NCBI GenBank assembly: GCA_965246945.1
Contig: CBDFFW010000001.1
Span: 1,064,311 to 1,128,310, forward strand
Length of the DNA: 64,000 nucleotides
Reading direction: 5' to 3'
From: Alphaproteobacteria bacterium
Lineage (GTDB): Bacteria > Pseudomonadota > Alphaproteobacteria > UBA11073
Each line of letters begins with the position of its first letter. The first letter of the stretch is position 1. The translations under genes and the position numbers were made by a program. Positions 39,498 through 47,722 of the stretch are shown here, one piece after another. Below the pieces are notes generated by a model. That model saw nothing but the letters and a program-made list of their open reading frames with translations, was not told the origin of the DNA and did not search any database.

Positions 39498-40313
39498 ATG
39501 AAAAAGACCGCCCTTATCACCGGCAGTGCCAAACGAATTGGTGCGGTAATTGCGCAGCATTTGGCGGCCGCTGGTTATGATATTGTTATTCATTATCACC
39601 GCAGTGTTGTTGAAGCTAAGCAGTTGGCAGACCAATTAACCACACAATATCGGGTTAAAGCTTCAACAGTTGCCGCTGACCTAGCCAATTTGGTGCAAGT
39701 TGAAAATTTATGGCAGCAGATAATTGCGCAAGCAGGCCAAATTGATTTGCTGATAAATAATGCGGCCTGGTTCGATCCTGCCAATGATCCAGTTGAACAT
39801 AGCGATCCGCAAATTACTAAAACAGTCTGGCAAATTAATACGCATACACCGCAGCGTTTAAGTGAATTATTTGCCGCGCAAAACGGTTTAACAAATGGCC
39901 ATATCATTAATATTTTGGATTATCGGGTCTTGAAACCCAGTGGGAGCTTTCCAATTTATACCGCTAGCAAAACTGCTTTATGGCAAGTTACTCAGCAGCT
40001 TGCATTGGATTACGCGCCAACTGTTCGCGTAAATGCGTTGGCATTAGGCATGGCGATGCGGGCCAATGACCAAACGCAAGAACATTTTGAAAAGCATATT
40101 ATGGCAGCACCTTTGCAACGCAGCGGCGATGCGGATGAAATTGCCTGTGCTGTTTTAGCGTTAGAAAATCTATCGAGTGTGACCGGACAAATTTTGGCTT
40201 TGGACGGCGGTATGCATTTAACCAACGTCATCCCGACGAAAGTCGGGATCCAGTGGCCAACAGTACAATGCGAAGCTTTGTTCAAAAAATTAATTTTATT
40301 TGCATCACGCTAA
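39498..40313 (+). CDS. SDR-family oxidoreductase (pteridine/monapterin reductase-like); the last ~30 codons come from repeat B6
   Basis: TGSAKRIGAVIA cofactor motif and catalytic Y..K in ...YTASKTAL.... The SDR fold ends near ...ALDGGMHL. The remaining tail (…TNVIPTKVGIQWPTVQCEALFKKLILFASR) is encoded by the repeat. Confidence 0.7.
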   Translation: MKKTALITGSAKRIGAVIAQHLAAAGYDIVIHYHRSVVEAKQLADQLTTQYRVKASTVAADLANLVQVENLWQQIIAQAGQIDLLINNAAWFDPANDPVEHSDPQITKTVWQINTHTPQRLSELFAAQNGLTNGHIINILDYRVLKPSGSFPIYTASKTALWQVTQQLALDYAPTVRVNALALGMAMRANDQTQEHFEKHIMAAPLQRSGDADEIACAVLALENLSSVTGQILALDGGMHLTNVIPTKVGIQWPTVQCEALFKKLILFASR

Positions 40314-40360
40314 AGCGTGACAATTATAATCACTGGATCCCGACTTTCGTCGGGATGACG
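40227..40360. repeat. Family B palindromic element, copy B6, overlapping the 3' ends of two convergent CDS
   Basis: GTCATCCCGACGAAAGTCGGGATCCAGTG ... CACTGGATCCCGACTTTCGTCGGGATGACG. Read on either strand the arm encodes VIPTKVGIQ. Confidence 0.85.
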
Positions 40361-41079
40361 AGGCCTAAAACATCCTGCATATCGTATTGACCAGGCGGTT
40401 TATTTAAAACCCAGCTGGCGGCATGCACTGCGCCGCGCGCAAAAATGGCGCGGTCCGTGGCGCGGTGGGTTAGCTCTAGCCGCTCTTGCTGGCCGAAGAA
40501 AAAGGCTGTGTGTTCACCGGCAACGTCACCGCCGCGGGCGACACTGAAGCCGATATGGCCAGTTGCGCGCACACCAGTATGGCCATCACGAGCCGCAACT
40601 TTATTTGTTGCTAAATCTATATTCCGGCCCTTCGCAGCAGCCTGACCGAGCATTAATGCCGTACCACTTGGCGCATCAACTTTTTGATTGTGGTGTGTTT
40701 CAAAAATTTCAATATCGAATAATTCGGGCGGCAAGGTTTGCGCAGCGCGTTCGATCAGCCAGTTGAGTACATTCACGCCCAAGGAATAATTGGCGGCATA
40801 AACCACGGCTTGATTTTGCGCATAGTTTTTGATCAGCAGTTCCTGATCTGGGGATAATCCCGTGGTGCCAATCACCAGGCGGGGCTTGGTCGATTGTTGG
40901 GCAGCCCAATTTAATAAGGCTGCCGTTGCTTCCGGCGTGCTGAAATCAATGATTACAGCGCTGCCGGCCAACGCCGCCAAATCATCACCGCGGTCGACAG
41001 CTTTGAATAAATGATTGCCTGCCAGCTGAACCAATTGCTGGCCCATACGCCCCTTGGCACCGTGAATACTGATTTTCAT
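40330..41079 (-). CDS. dapB: 4-hydroxy-tetrahydrodipicolinate reductase
   Basis: MKISIHGAKGRMGQ NAD(P) motif and the DapB catalytic region (…FETHHNQKVDAPSGTAL…). The last 9 codons (VIPTKVGIQ) come from repeat B6. Confidence 0.85.
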   Translation of the reverse strand: MKISIHGAKGRMGQQLVQLAGNHLFKAVDRGDDLAALAGSAVIIDFSTPEATAALLNWAAQQSTKPRLVIGTTGLSPDQELLIKNYAQNQAVVYAANYSLGVNVLNWLIERAAQTLPPELFDIEIFETHHNQKVDAPSGTALMLGQAAAKGRNIDLATNKVAARDGHTGVRATGHIGFSVARGGDVAGEHTAFFFGQQERLELTHRATDRAIFARGAVHAASWVLNKPPGQYDMQDVLGLVIPTKVGIQ

Positions 41080-41169
41080 AAGCTATTGATGTGCGCAAAA
41101 AGCTGGTGTTGCAAATGATTTTCACCTACATAGAAAGACAATTAAACCACTTTAAAAGGACGAAAAGAC

Positions 41170-41712
41170 ATGCTGACCATTGGCGATACATTCCCAAGTT
41201 TTAAACTAAAAGGTGTGGTTTCGAGCGATCCCAAAACCGCGTTTAAAGATTTTTCGGCCGATAGTCACAAAGGCAAATGGGCGGTTTATTTTGCCTGGCC
41301 GAAAGATTTTACCTTTGTATGCCCCACTGAAATTGCCGCTTTCAGCAAAATGGCCAAGGAATTCGCCGACCGTGATTGCGTGGTTTATGGGTTGAGCACT
41401 GATAATGAATTTGTGCATTTGGCCTGGCGCACCCATCACGACGATTTAAAAAATCTGGCCATTCCCATGCTGTCTGATTTGAAGCGTGAATTGTCCGAAC
41501 AATTAGGTATTTTGCACAAAGAAGACGGTGTGTGTTTGCGTGCGACTTACATTGTGGATCCGGAACAAGTGATCCGTTTTGTTTCGGTTTACGATATGTC
41601 GGTTGGCCGTAATCCGCAGGAAGTTTTGCGGACATTGGATGCGTTGCAAAGCGATGAGCTGTGCCCATGCAACTGGCAAAAGGGCGAAGAGCATTTAAAG
41701 AAAGCAGCGTAA
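41170..41712 (+). CDS. ahpC: Peroxiredoxin AhpC (2-Cys)
   Basis: Peroxidatic Cys in …DFTFVCPTEI…, resolving Cys near the C-terminus (…ELCPCNW…), and a good RBS (AAAAGGA). Confidence 0.85.
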   Translation: MLTIGDTFPSFKLKGVVSSDPKTAFKDFSADSHKGKWAVYFAWPKDFTFVCPTEIAAFSKMAKEFADRDCVVYGLSTDNEFVHLAWRTHHDDLKNLAIPMLSDLKRELSEQLGILHKEDGVCLRATYIVDPEQVIRFVSVYDMSVGRNPQEVLRTLDALQSDELCPCNWQKGEEHLKKAA

Positions 41713-41715
41713 CCT

Positions 41716-42273
41716 ATGAACTTTGAAGAGCTGAAAGACAGCATCCCGGATTATGCCAAGGATCTCCGCCTAAATCTGTCATCTTTGCGGACACCCATTC
41801 CGGGAATGACTGAAACACAAGTCCTGGGCTGCATGCTGGCCTGTGCGATTGCTGCAAAAAATCCATTATTGGTGCAAGCGGTTTATGATGAAGCGCAAAG
41901 CCAATTGCGGCCAGAAGATATTGCTGGTGCGCAAACGGCCGCCGTATTGATGGCGATGAATAATGTGTATTACCGTTTCCTGGATCAATCTGGCCATGAA
42001 GATTACGGTAAGGCACGGGTAAATCTGCGTATGAATGGTATGGTTAGCCAACCGGCCCATGCCGCCGATTTCGAGTTATGGTCGCTCGCGGTTTCTGCGA
42101 TGAATGGATGCAGCACTTGTGTGAAATCACACCGCGCAAAACTGGAAGAAGAAGGGGTTGACCCTGAGATTATTCGCCAGGGCGCGCGCATTGCAGCCGT
42201 TATTCAAGCAGTGGCCACTGTGCTGACATCGCAAGATATAATGATTGCGCCGCAAATTGCTGAAGCGGCATAA
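41716..42273 (+). CDS. ahpD: Alkyl hydroperoxidase AhpD (carboxymuconolactone decarboxylase family)
   Basis: Catalytic …NGCSTCVKSH… motif. It starts 4 nt after ahpC, in the mycobacterial-type ahpC-ahpD arrangement. Confidence 0.8.
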   Translation: MNFEELKDSIPDYAKDLRLNLSSLRTPIPGMTETQVLGCMLACAIAAKNPLLVQAVYDEAQSQLRPEDIAGAQTAAVLMAMNNVYYRFLDQSGHEDYGKARVNLRMNGMVSQPAHAADFELWSLAVSAMNGCSTCVKSHRAKLEEEGVDPEIIRQGARIAAVIQAVATVLTSQDIMIAPQIAEAA

Positions 42274-42279
42274 GTTATT

Positions 42280-43233
42280 ATGTCGCATTCCCTGCAGCCA
42301 TCGGATCAACCGGATAGTATTGCCGATACGCACAAGCTGTTCGGGTTTAAATTTGCGGCCGATGTACCCGCTTTTAAAGAACCGAATGATTGGGTGCCAC
42401 CGGCGGATAACGCTTATCAATTTGACCGGCTGACCACCGAGGCGATTTTAAGCGGTTTAGCGTTTAACCGGCGCGTGCTGATTCAAGGTTTTCACGGCAC
42501 CGGAAAATCCAGTCATATCGAACAGATTGCCGCGCGGCTAAACTGGCCGTGTGTGCGGATTAATCTGGATAGCCATGTCAGCCGGATTGATCTGCTGGGC
42601 AAAGATGCGATTGTGCTGCAGGACGGCAAACAAGTAACGACGTTTCAAGAAGGTTTGTTGCCCTGGGCTTATCAACGGCCGGTGATTTTCGTGTTGGATG
42701 AATATGATGCGGGCCGGCCGGATGTGCTATTTGTGATTCAGCGGATTTTGGAAAGTGAAGGGCGGTTAACGCTGCTGGAAAAAAATCAGGTGATTGATCC
42801 GCATCCGTATTTTCGGTTATTTGCAACCGCGAATACGGTTGGTTTGGGTGATGCCAGCGGTATGTATCATGGTACCAATCCGTTAAACCAAGGACAGTTG
42901 GATCGCTGGCAAATTATCACCACATTAAATTATCTGGAACCGGAACACGAAACGGCGATTATCTTAAAAAAGCAGCCGAAACTAGATACGACGATGGTGC
43001 GCCGGATGGTGGAACTGGCGAATATGACGCGGACGGGTTTTGCGGCCGGTGATATCTCCACATTAATGTCACCACGGACAGTGCTGACTTGGGCGGAAAA
43101 CTATACTATTTTTAACGATCTCGCGCGCAGTTTTCAGCTCACTTTTGTCAACCGCTGCGATGAACTGGAACGCACGATTATCGCCGAATATTACCAGCGC
43201 TGCTTCGCCGAAGAATTGGCGCTTGCTGCTTAG
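42280..43233 (+). CDS. cobS: Aerobic cobaltochelatase subunit CobS (MoxR-like AAA ATPase)
   Basis: Walker A GFHGTGKSS, Walker B VIFVLDEYD and a CobS-typical length and C-terminal region. No cobT is adjacent. Confidence 0.8.
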   Translation: MSHSLQPSDQPDSIADTHKLFGFKFAADVPAFKEPNDWVPPADNAYQFDRLTTEAILSGLAFNRRVLIQGFHGTGKSSHIEQIAARLNWPCVRINLDSHVSRIDLLGKDAIVLQDGKQVTTFQEGLLPWAYQRPVIFVLDEYDAGRPDVLFVIQRILESEGRLTLLEKNQVIDPHPYFRLFATANTVGLGDASGMYHGTNPLNQGQLDRWQIITTLNYLEPEHETAIILKKQPKLDTTMVRRMVELANMTRTGFAAGDISTLMSPRTVLTWAENYTIFNDLARSFQLTFVNRCDELERTIIAEYYQRCFAEELALAA

Positions 43234-43242
43234 TTAGCGCCG

Positions 43243-43372
43243 TCATTCCGACGAAAGTCGGAATCCAGTGGTTGATAAGTGCAATGCATCGCATTGCTCA
43301 AACAATAATTATTTTGTGTCATGCTGCGCATGACGAGTCTGGGTCACTGGATCCCGATTTGCATCGGGATGA
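43243..43372. repeat. Family B palindromic element, copy B7
   Basis: GTCATTCCGACGAAAGTCGGAATCCAGTG ... central GTCATGCTGCGCATGAC ... CACTGGATCCCGATTTGCATCGGGATGACG. Confidence 0.85.
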
Positions 43373-45739
43373 CGATTCTGTTTCAATCAAATGTGCTAGG
43401 AAATCAGCAGGACGTTTGTTGGAATCTTGCGCCATCCATTGGTGATAGATAACGGTGGATGGCGTGAGACCTGGCAAAGTATTGGCTTCGATCAGCAGCG
43501 CTTGATCGGTTTTGATGTTAAAGAAAATATCGAGACGGGCGTAGTTTTGGATGCCGAGTGTCGCAGCCGCCTTTTCGATTTTGCTTTCAATTATTGTCCG
43601 TTGCGCGGCGCTGATGATACTGACCGGCGGCGGCGTTAAATTCACGCCTGTCCCACCTTGGAATTTTTCTTCCAAGCTTAAGACCGCATTGGCCGCCACC
43701 GTGATACTTGGCGGCAGGGATTGATATATACCGTTTTGCTCCAGAACACCAACGGTCAATTCAATCCAGCCAGTGTGGGCTTCATGTTTTAATTCTGTAC
43801 CGACAATTTGCAGGTGATCGGTTTCAATGTAAGGTTCTAAAATATACTTACTGCTGTGTGCGCTGGCGAGTTCGACAATTTCTGGTTGTTCGGCAAAACT
43901 ATGCGGCGGAAAAAAGCTGGCACCTGCACGCAGGAATTTGCCGTAAATGGCAAGTTGGACAGCATCGCTGAGTTTAATCACGCCAGCCGAACAGCCTTCA
44001 TCTTGTGGTTTTAGGATCAATTTTTGGGACTGCCAATTGGTGGTTAATTCCTGCCACAAGTCAACCCAATCGGTGCTGGCATTTTCCAGATCCGCTTGGC
44101 TTAGATGATGTTTGGGGCAGGCAGTTAACTGTTTATCGCGCAGGGCATCAATCGCAGCGCCGGTTGCGAGTTTATCCATGCATAATGCCGAAGCCGCTGA
44201 ACCCGAACCGTTATAATGCAGACCGCGCCCATCAAGCTCTGCCTGCAACCGGCCATCTTCACCCATGCCGCCATGCAAGCCTAAAAAGACAAAGGCATTT
44301 TGTGCTGCCGCTTTCTGTAAGAAGTTTTCTAATGATAAAGATTGCGGTTCGGCTAATGCGGCTTGCTGTTCGATTTCACTATAGCCAAGCGCCGGTAAAA
44401 TTTGTGGTAGATACGGCTTCAAACTGGCCGTGATACTGGCGCTATCGGCACAGCTGTGCATAATTTCTTCAACCGTGTGTTGCAGGGCATAAGCATAGGG
44501 CAATTGCCAGATGGTTTGCGCATCGGTGCCAAGTAGAAATAGCTGCGGTGAACAATTTGCCGTCTGTTGCAATTTCAGCCAAACATTGGTCCCGCTCATC
44601 AATGAAACTTGCCGCTCGGCCGTGCTGCCGCCACAAATTACGGCGACCAGCTCTGTGCCATTACGCGGTTGGGCCGGCGGTAAGACAACGCCATGCCGCT
44701 GGGCCGCACTGTTTAGAACATGGCGTAAAACCTGGCGGTGGGTGAGGCCGATGCGGGCGGCTTGTTGGAATAAAAAGCTGTTCTGTTCCATTCCGCTAAT
44801 CGGGTTTAAATCAGAAAATAAAACGGTGCCGTCTTTTAACCACCAGCCATCCAAGCGCGCAAAATCCTGCATGCCGAATAATTTAAAAATCTGCGCTGCC
44901 TGCTGGCGGATGGTGTTAATCACATTGGTAGGAAAACGCGGCGGGCAGAAATAAGCGGCTTGGTTGGTGGGTAGATATTTGCGGCGAAAATCGAAGATTT
45001 GATTGTCTTGGTAACTAACTGCGATTTCGCTGGGTAGCAATGCAACGGGTTCGCCGTCTGTGCCGGTTAGCACAACAATAGTAAATTCCTGGCCATCACA
45101 AAATGGTTCAATCATCACACGGCTATCATGCGTCTGGGCGAGCAGTTTATCGGCCGCAGCAGTGGCGGCTTCAGCGCTAGCCACCGAATGCACGCCAATG
45201 CTGCTGCCACCGGCCACGGGTTTAACGACAGCGCGCTGCAAATTATGTGTGCGCCAAAAAACGGGAATGGCCGTGCTTTCTTCCGCTTGGCTGACGGTGA
45301 GACTGGGCAGCGTGGCCAGGCCATTGGCCCGCAATATACTGGCCGCAACATCTTTGAAAAACATTTGGCGGCAGGCGGCGGCTGGGCTGGCAACATATGG
45401 AATATCATGCTGCTCTAAAAAATTCTGGAGCTGACCATCTTCGCCGTAAGCGCCATGAATGGCGGGGAAAACCAGATGGCAAGCTTGCAGTGCTTCAACC
45501 ACCTGTTTTTCATTCAAAACCTGTGCGGTTTCGGCGAGTTTGAAATCGAAATCAGAAGGCGTGTTTGAATAAAGTTGGGTGGTGGAAAGCCGATAAAATT
45601 TCAGTTTCTCATCCACATAAAATGGCACAATTTCGATATTGCTATCGGCGATATGATCAAGCAGGGAACGAGCAGAATTAAGGGAAATACCCCGCTCGGC
45701 CGATGGCCCGCCACAAATCACTGCAAGTTGAAATGACAT
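43319..45739 (-). CDS. Tandem fusion of two D-alanine--D-alanine ligase-like ATP-grasp modules (806 aa)
   Basis: Two N-terminal Ddl-type motifs (LAVICGGPSAERGISLNSA and VAVICGGSTAERQVSLMSG), each followed by an ATP-grasp region. The last ~17 codons (…ESSSRCKSGSSDPDSSCAA) lie inside repeat B7. Confidence 0.65.
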   Translation of the reverse strand: MSFQLAVICGGPSAERGISLNSARSLLDHIADSNIEIVPFYVDEKLKFYRLSTTQLYSNTPSDFDFKLAETAQVLNEKQVVEALQACHLVFPAIHGAYGEDGQLQNFLEQHDIPYVASPAAACRQMFFKDVAASILRANGLATLPSLTVSQAEESTAIPVFWRTHNLQRAVVKPVAGGSSIGVHSVASAEAATAAADKLLAQTHDSRVMIEPFCDGQEFTIVVLTGTDGEPVALLPSEIAVSYQDNQIFDFRRKYLPTNQAAYFCPPRFPTNVINTIRQQAAQIFKLFGMQDFARLDGWWLKDGTVLFSDLNPISGMEQNSFLFQQAARIGLTHRQVLRHVLNSAAQRHGVVLPPAQPRNGTELVAVICGGSTAERQVSLMSGTNVWLKLQQTANCSPQLFLLGTDAQTIWQLPYAYALQHTVEEIMHSCADSASITASLKPYLPQILPALGYSEIEQQAALAEPQSLSLENFLQKAAAQNAFVFLGLHGGMGEDGRLQAELDGRGLHYNGSGSAASALCMDKLATGAAIDALRDKQLTACPKHHLSQADLENASTDWVDLWQELTTNWQSQKLILKPQDEGCSAGVIKLSDAVQLAIYGKFLRAGASFFPPHSFAEQPEIVELASAHSSKYILEPYIETDHLQIVGTELKHEAHTGWIELTVGVLEQNGIYQSLPPSITVAANAVLSLEEKFQGGTGVNLTPPPVSIISAAQRTIIESKIEKAAATLGIQNYARLDIFFNIKTDQALLIEANTLPGLTPSTVIYHQWMAQDSNKRPADFLAHLIETESSSRCKSGSSDPDSSCAA

Positions 45740-45783
45740 GCGTTAATGCTAATAATGTTAAAGGCTTTTGCCTAGCAAAAGCC

Positions 45784-45910
45784 GTCATCCCGACGGAAGT
45801 CGGGATCTAGTGATAAATTAATGAATCATGCTGGCATGATACAAAATTATTCTTTTTTGAGCGCTACGCGCAGTTTTAGTCACTGGATCCCGACTTTCGT
45901 CGGGATGACG
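45784..45910. repeat. Family B palindromic element, copy B8
   Basis: GTCATCCCGACGGAAGTCGGGATCTAGTG ... central ATCATGCTGGCATGAT ... CACTGGATCCCGACTTTCGTCGGGATGACG. Confidence 0.85.
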
Positions 45911-45911
45911 A

Positions 45912-46592
45912 TTATAACAATCCCAACTGGCGGAAACTGGCATGGGCGGTTTTGGCGATGATGATGTGGTCGTGCAGTAAAATGCCGACGGCGGCGGTGG
46001 CTTGGTTGATTTGTTGGGTGAGCAGAATATCGGCCTGGCTGGGGGTCGGGTCACCGCCTGGGTGGTTGTGGACCATGATTAACGCAGAAGCGCCATGATT
46101 TAACGCGCGTTTGATAATTTCACGCGGATAGGCGGGCGTATGATCAATCGTGCCTTCCTGTTGCACTTCATCGGCGATTAGCCGGTTTTTCTTGTCTAAA
46201 AATAACAGGCGCAATTGTTCGCGGTTCACATGCGCCATGGCCATATGGCAATATTCAATTAGCTGCTGCCAATTGCTTAGCACCGTTTTGTTGTGCACCT
46301 GCTGCTGCGCCATCACCAGGGCGGCGGCCTGCACGGCTTTGAACAGCGCAATGGCACCATAACCCAAACCTTTGAACTGTTGCAGTTCATCCACATTGGC
46401 GGCGAGCAAGCGGTTGAATGAACCAAATTGTTTTAACAAATCCTTGGCCAGCGGTTTTACATCGCGCCGCGGAATGGCATAGCATAACAGCAATTCCAGT
46501 AATTCATATTCCGCCACGCCCGCCACACCGGCGGTTAAAAATCGGGCCTTTAGCCTGGCGCGGTGGCCGCTGTGATCTGGTACATCACCCAT
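45912..46592 (-). CDS. radC: RadC-like JAB-domain protein
   Basis: N-terminal HhH-like region and the C-terminal JAMM motif (…MVHNHPGGDPTPSQADILLT…). Confidence 0.8.
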   Translation of the reverse strand: MGDVPDHSGHRARLKARFLTAGVAGVAEYELLELLLCYAIPRRDVKPLAKDLLKQFGSFNRLLAANVDELQQFKGLGYGAIALFKAVQAAALVMAQQQVHNKTVLSNWQQLIEYCHMAMAHVNREQLRLLFLDKKNRLIADEVQQEGTIDHTPAYPREIIKRALNHGASALIMVHNHPGGDPTPSQADILLTQQINQATAAVGILLHDHIIIAKTAHASFRQLGLL

Positions 46593-46651
46593 CTATAAAT
46601 AACTTAACCAAATCGCTTGTCCGCATCTAGTATAAATGCTTAGACAGCCAG

Positions 46652-47683
46652 ATGAGTTTCATTCGCCTATTGGCATTTCTGTTGGTGATTGCATTGGGGA
46701 CACAGGCCCAGGCCCATGACACATTGCAACCAATTGCAGCCCAACCGGATGACCATGCCCCCATCGGCGTGATGGGCGACCATACCCATGCCAAAGGCAG
46801 TTGGATGCTATCCTATAGTTACGATTGGCAGCATATAACTGGGCTGCGTGCTGGCACTAGCCGTGAGAGTACCGATGATGTGTTTGCGCAAGGGTATATG
46901 ATGGCCCCCACTAAAATGGATATGCAAATGCATATGCTGGGTTTGATGTATGGCGTAACCAAGCGGACAAGCTTAATGTTAATGGCCCCCTATAATATCA
47001 ATGATATGGATGAGGTCGATAATATGGGCACCCGCAGCAGCATGCATAGCGAAGGCTGGGGCGATCTGCAGCTGACCAGTTTGACCAATATCTGGATGCG
47101 GCATAATCCCAGTACCGGCCGCAGCGATCATATAAATGTTAATTTGGGTCTCAGCATACCCACCGGTTCGATTGATAAGCGGGATACGATGATGGGTTTG
47201 CCCAACCAAAAACTGCCATATATGATGCAATTGGGTTCCGGCACTTGGGACCCGAAATTTGGGATTACTTATTCTCGCCAATACCAAAAATGGTCGCTGG
47301 GGTTGCAAGGTAATGCGACCATGCGGGTGGGGCAGAATGATCAGGGATACCGGCGCGGCAATGAATATGATGCCAGTTTCTGGCTGGCCCGTAATTTAAA
47401 CCGTTATTTTTCCGGTTCACTGCGTTTGAATGGTAAGCGGTGGGATAATATTCATGGGTCAGATAATGAATTAATGCCAATGATGGATCCCACCAATCAG
47501 GCTAATTTGCAGGCAGGTGAACGGGTTGATGCTTTAATCGGGATTAATCTTTTAAAACCAAATGGGTGGGGGGCGCGCAATCGTTTAGGCGTTGAATTTG
47601 GCGTGCCGGTTTATCAACGGCTGGATGGCCCGCAATTGGAAACCGATTACCGATTAACGGCCGGTTGGCAATATAGCTTTTAA
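46652..47683 (+). CDS. Met/His-rich outer-membrane beta-barrel protein (CopB-like or MetA-pathway transporter-like), tentative
   Basis: Signal peptide MSFIRLLAFLLVIALGTQAQA. Met/His-rich segments (DHAPIGVMGDHTHAKG, MDMQMHMLGLMYG). C-terminal ...WQYSF. Confidence 0.45.
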   Translation: MSFIRLLAFLLVIALGTQAQAHDTLQPIAAQPDDHAPIGVMGDHTHAKGSWMLSYSYDWQHITGLRAGTSRESTDDVFAQGYMMAPTKMDMQMHMLGLMYGVTKRTSLMLMAPYNINDMDEVDNMGTRSSMHSEGWGDLQLTSLTNIWMRHNPSTGRSDHINVNLGLSIPTGSIDKRDTMMGLPNQKLPYMMQLGSGTWDPKFGITYSRQYQKWSLGLQGNATMRVGQNDQGYRRGNEYDASFWLARNLNRYFSGSLRLNGKRWDNIHGSDNELMPMMDPTNQANLQAGERVDALIGINLLKPNGWGARNRLGVEFGVPVYQRLDGPQLETDYRLTAGWQYSF

Positions 47684-47722
47684 AGTTTTGGCTATAATGC
47701 CTGACATGCCGTAAATAGCCTT

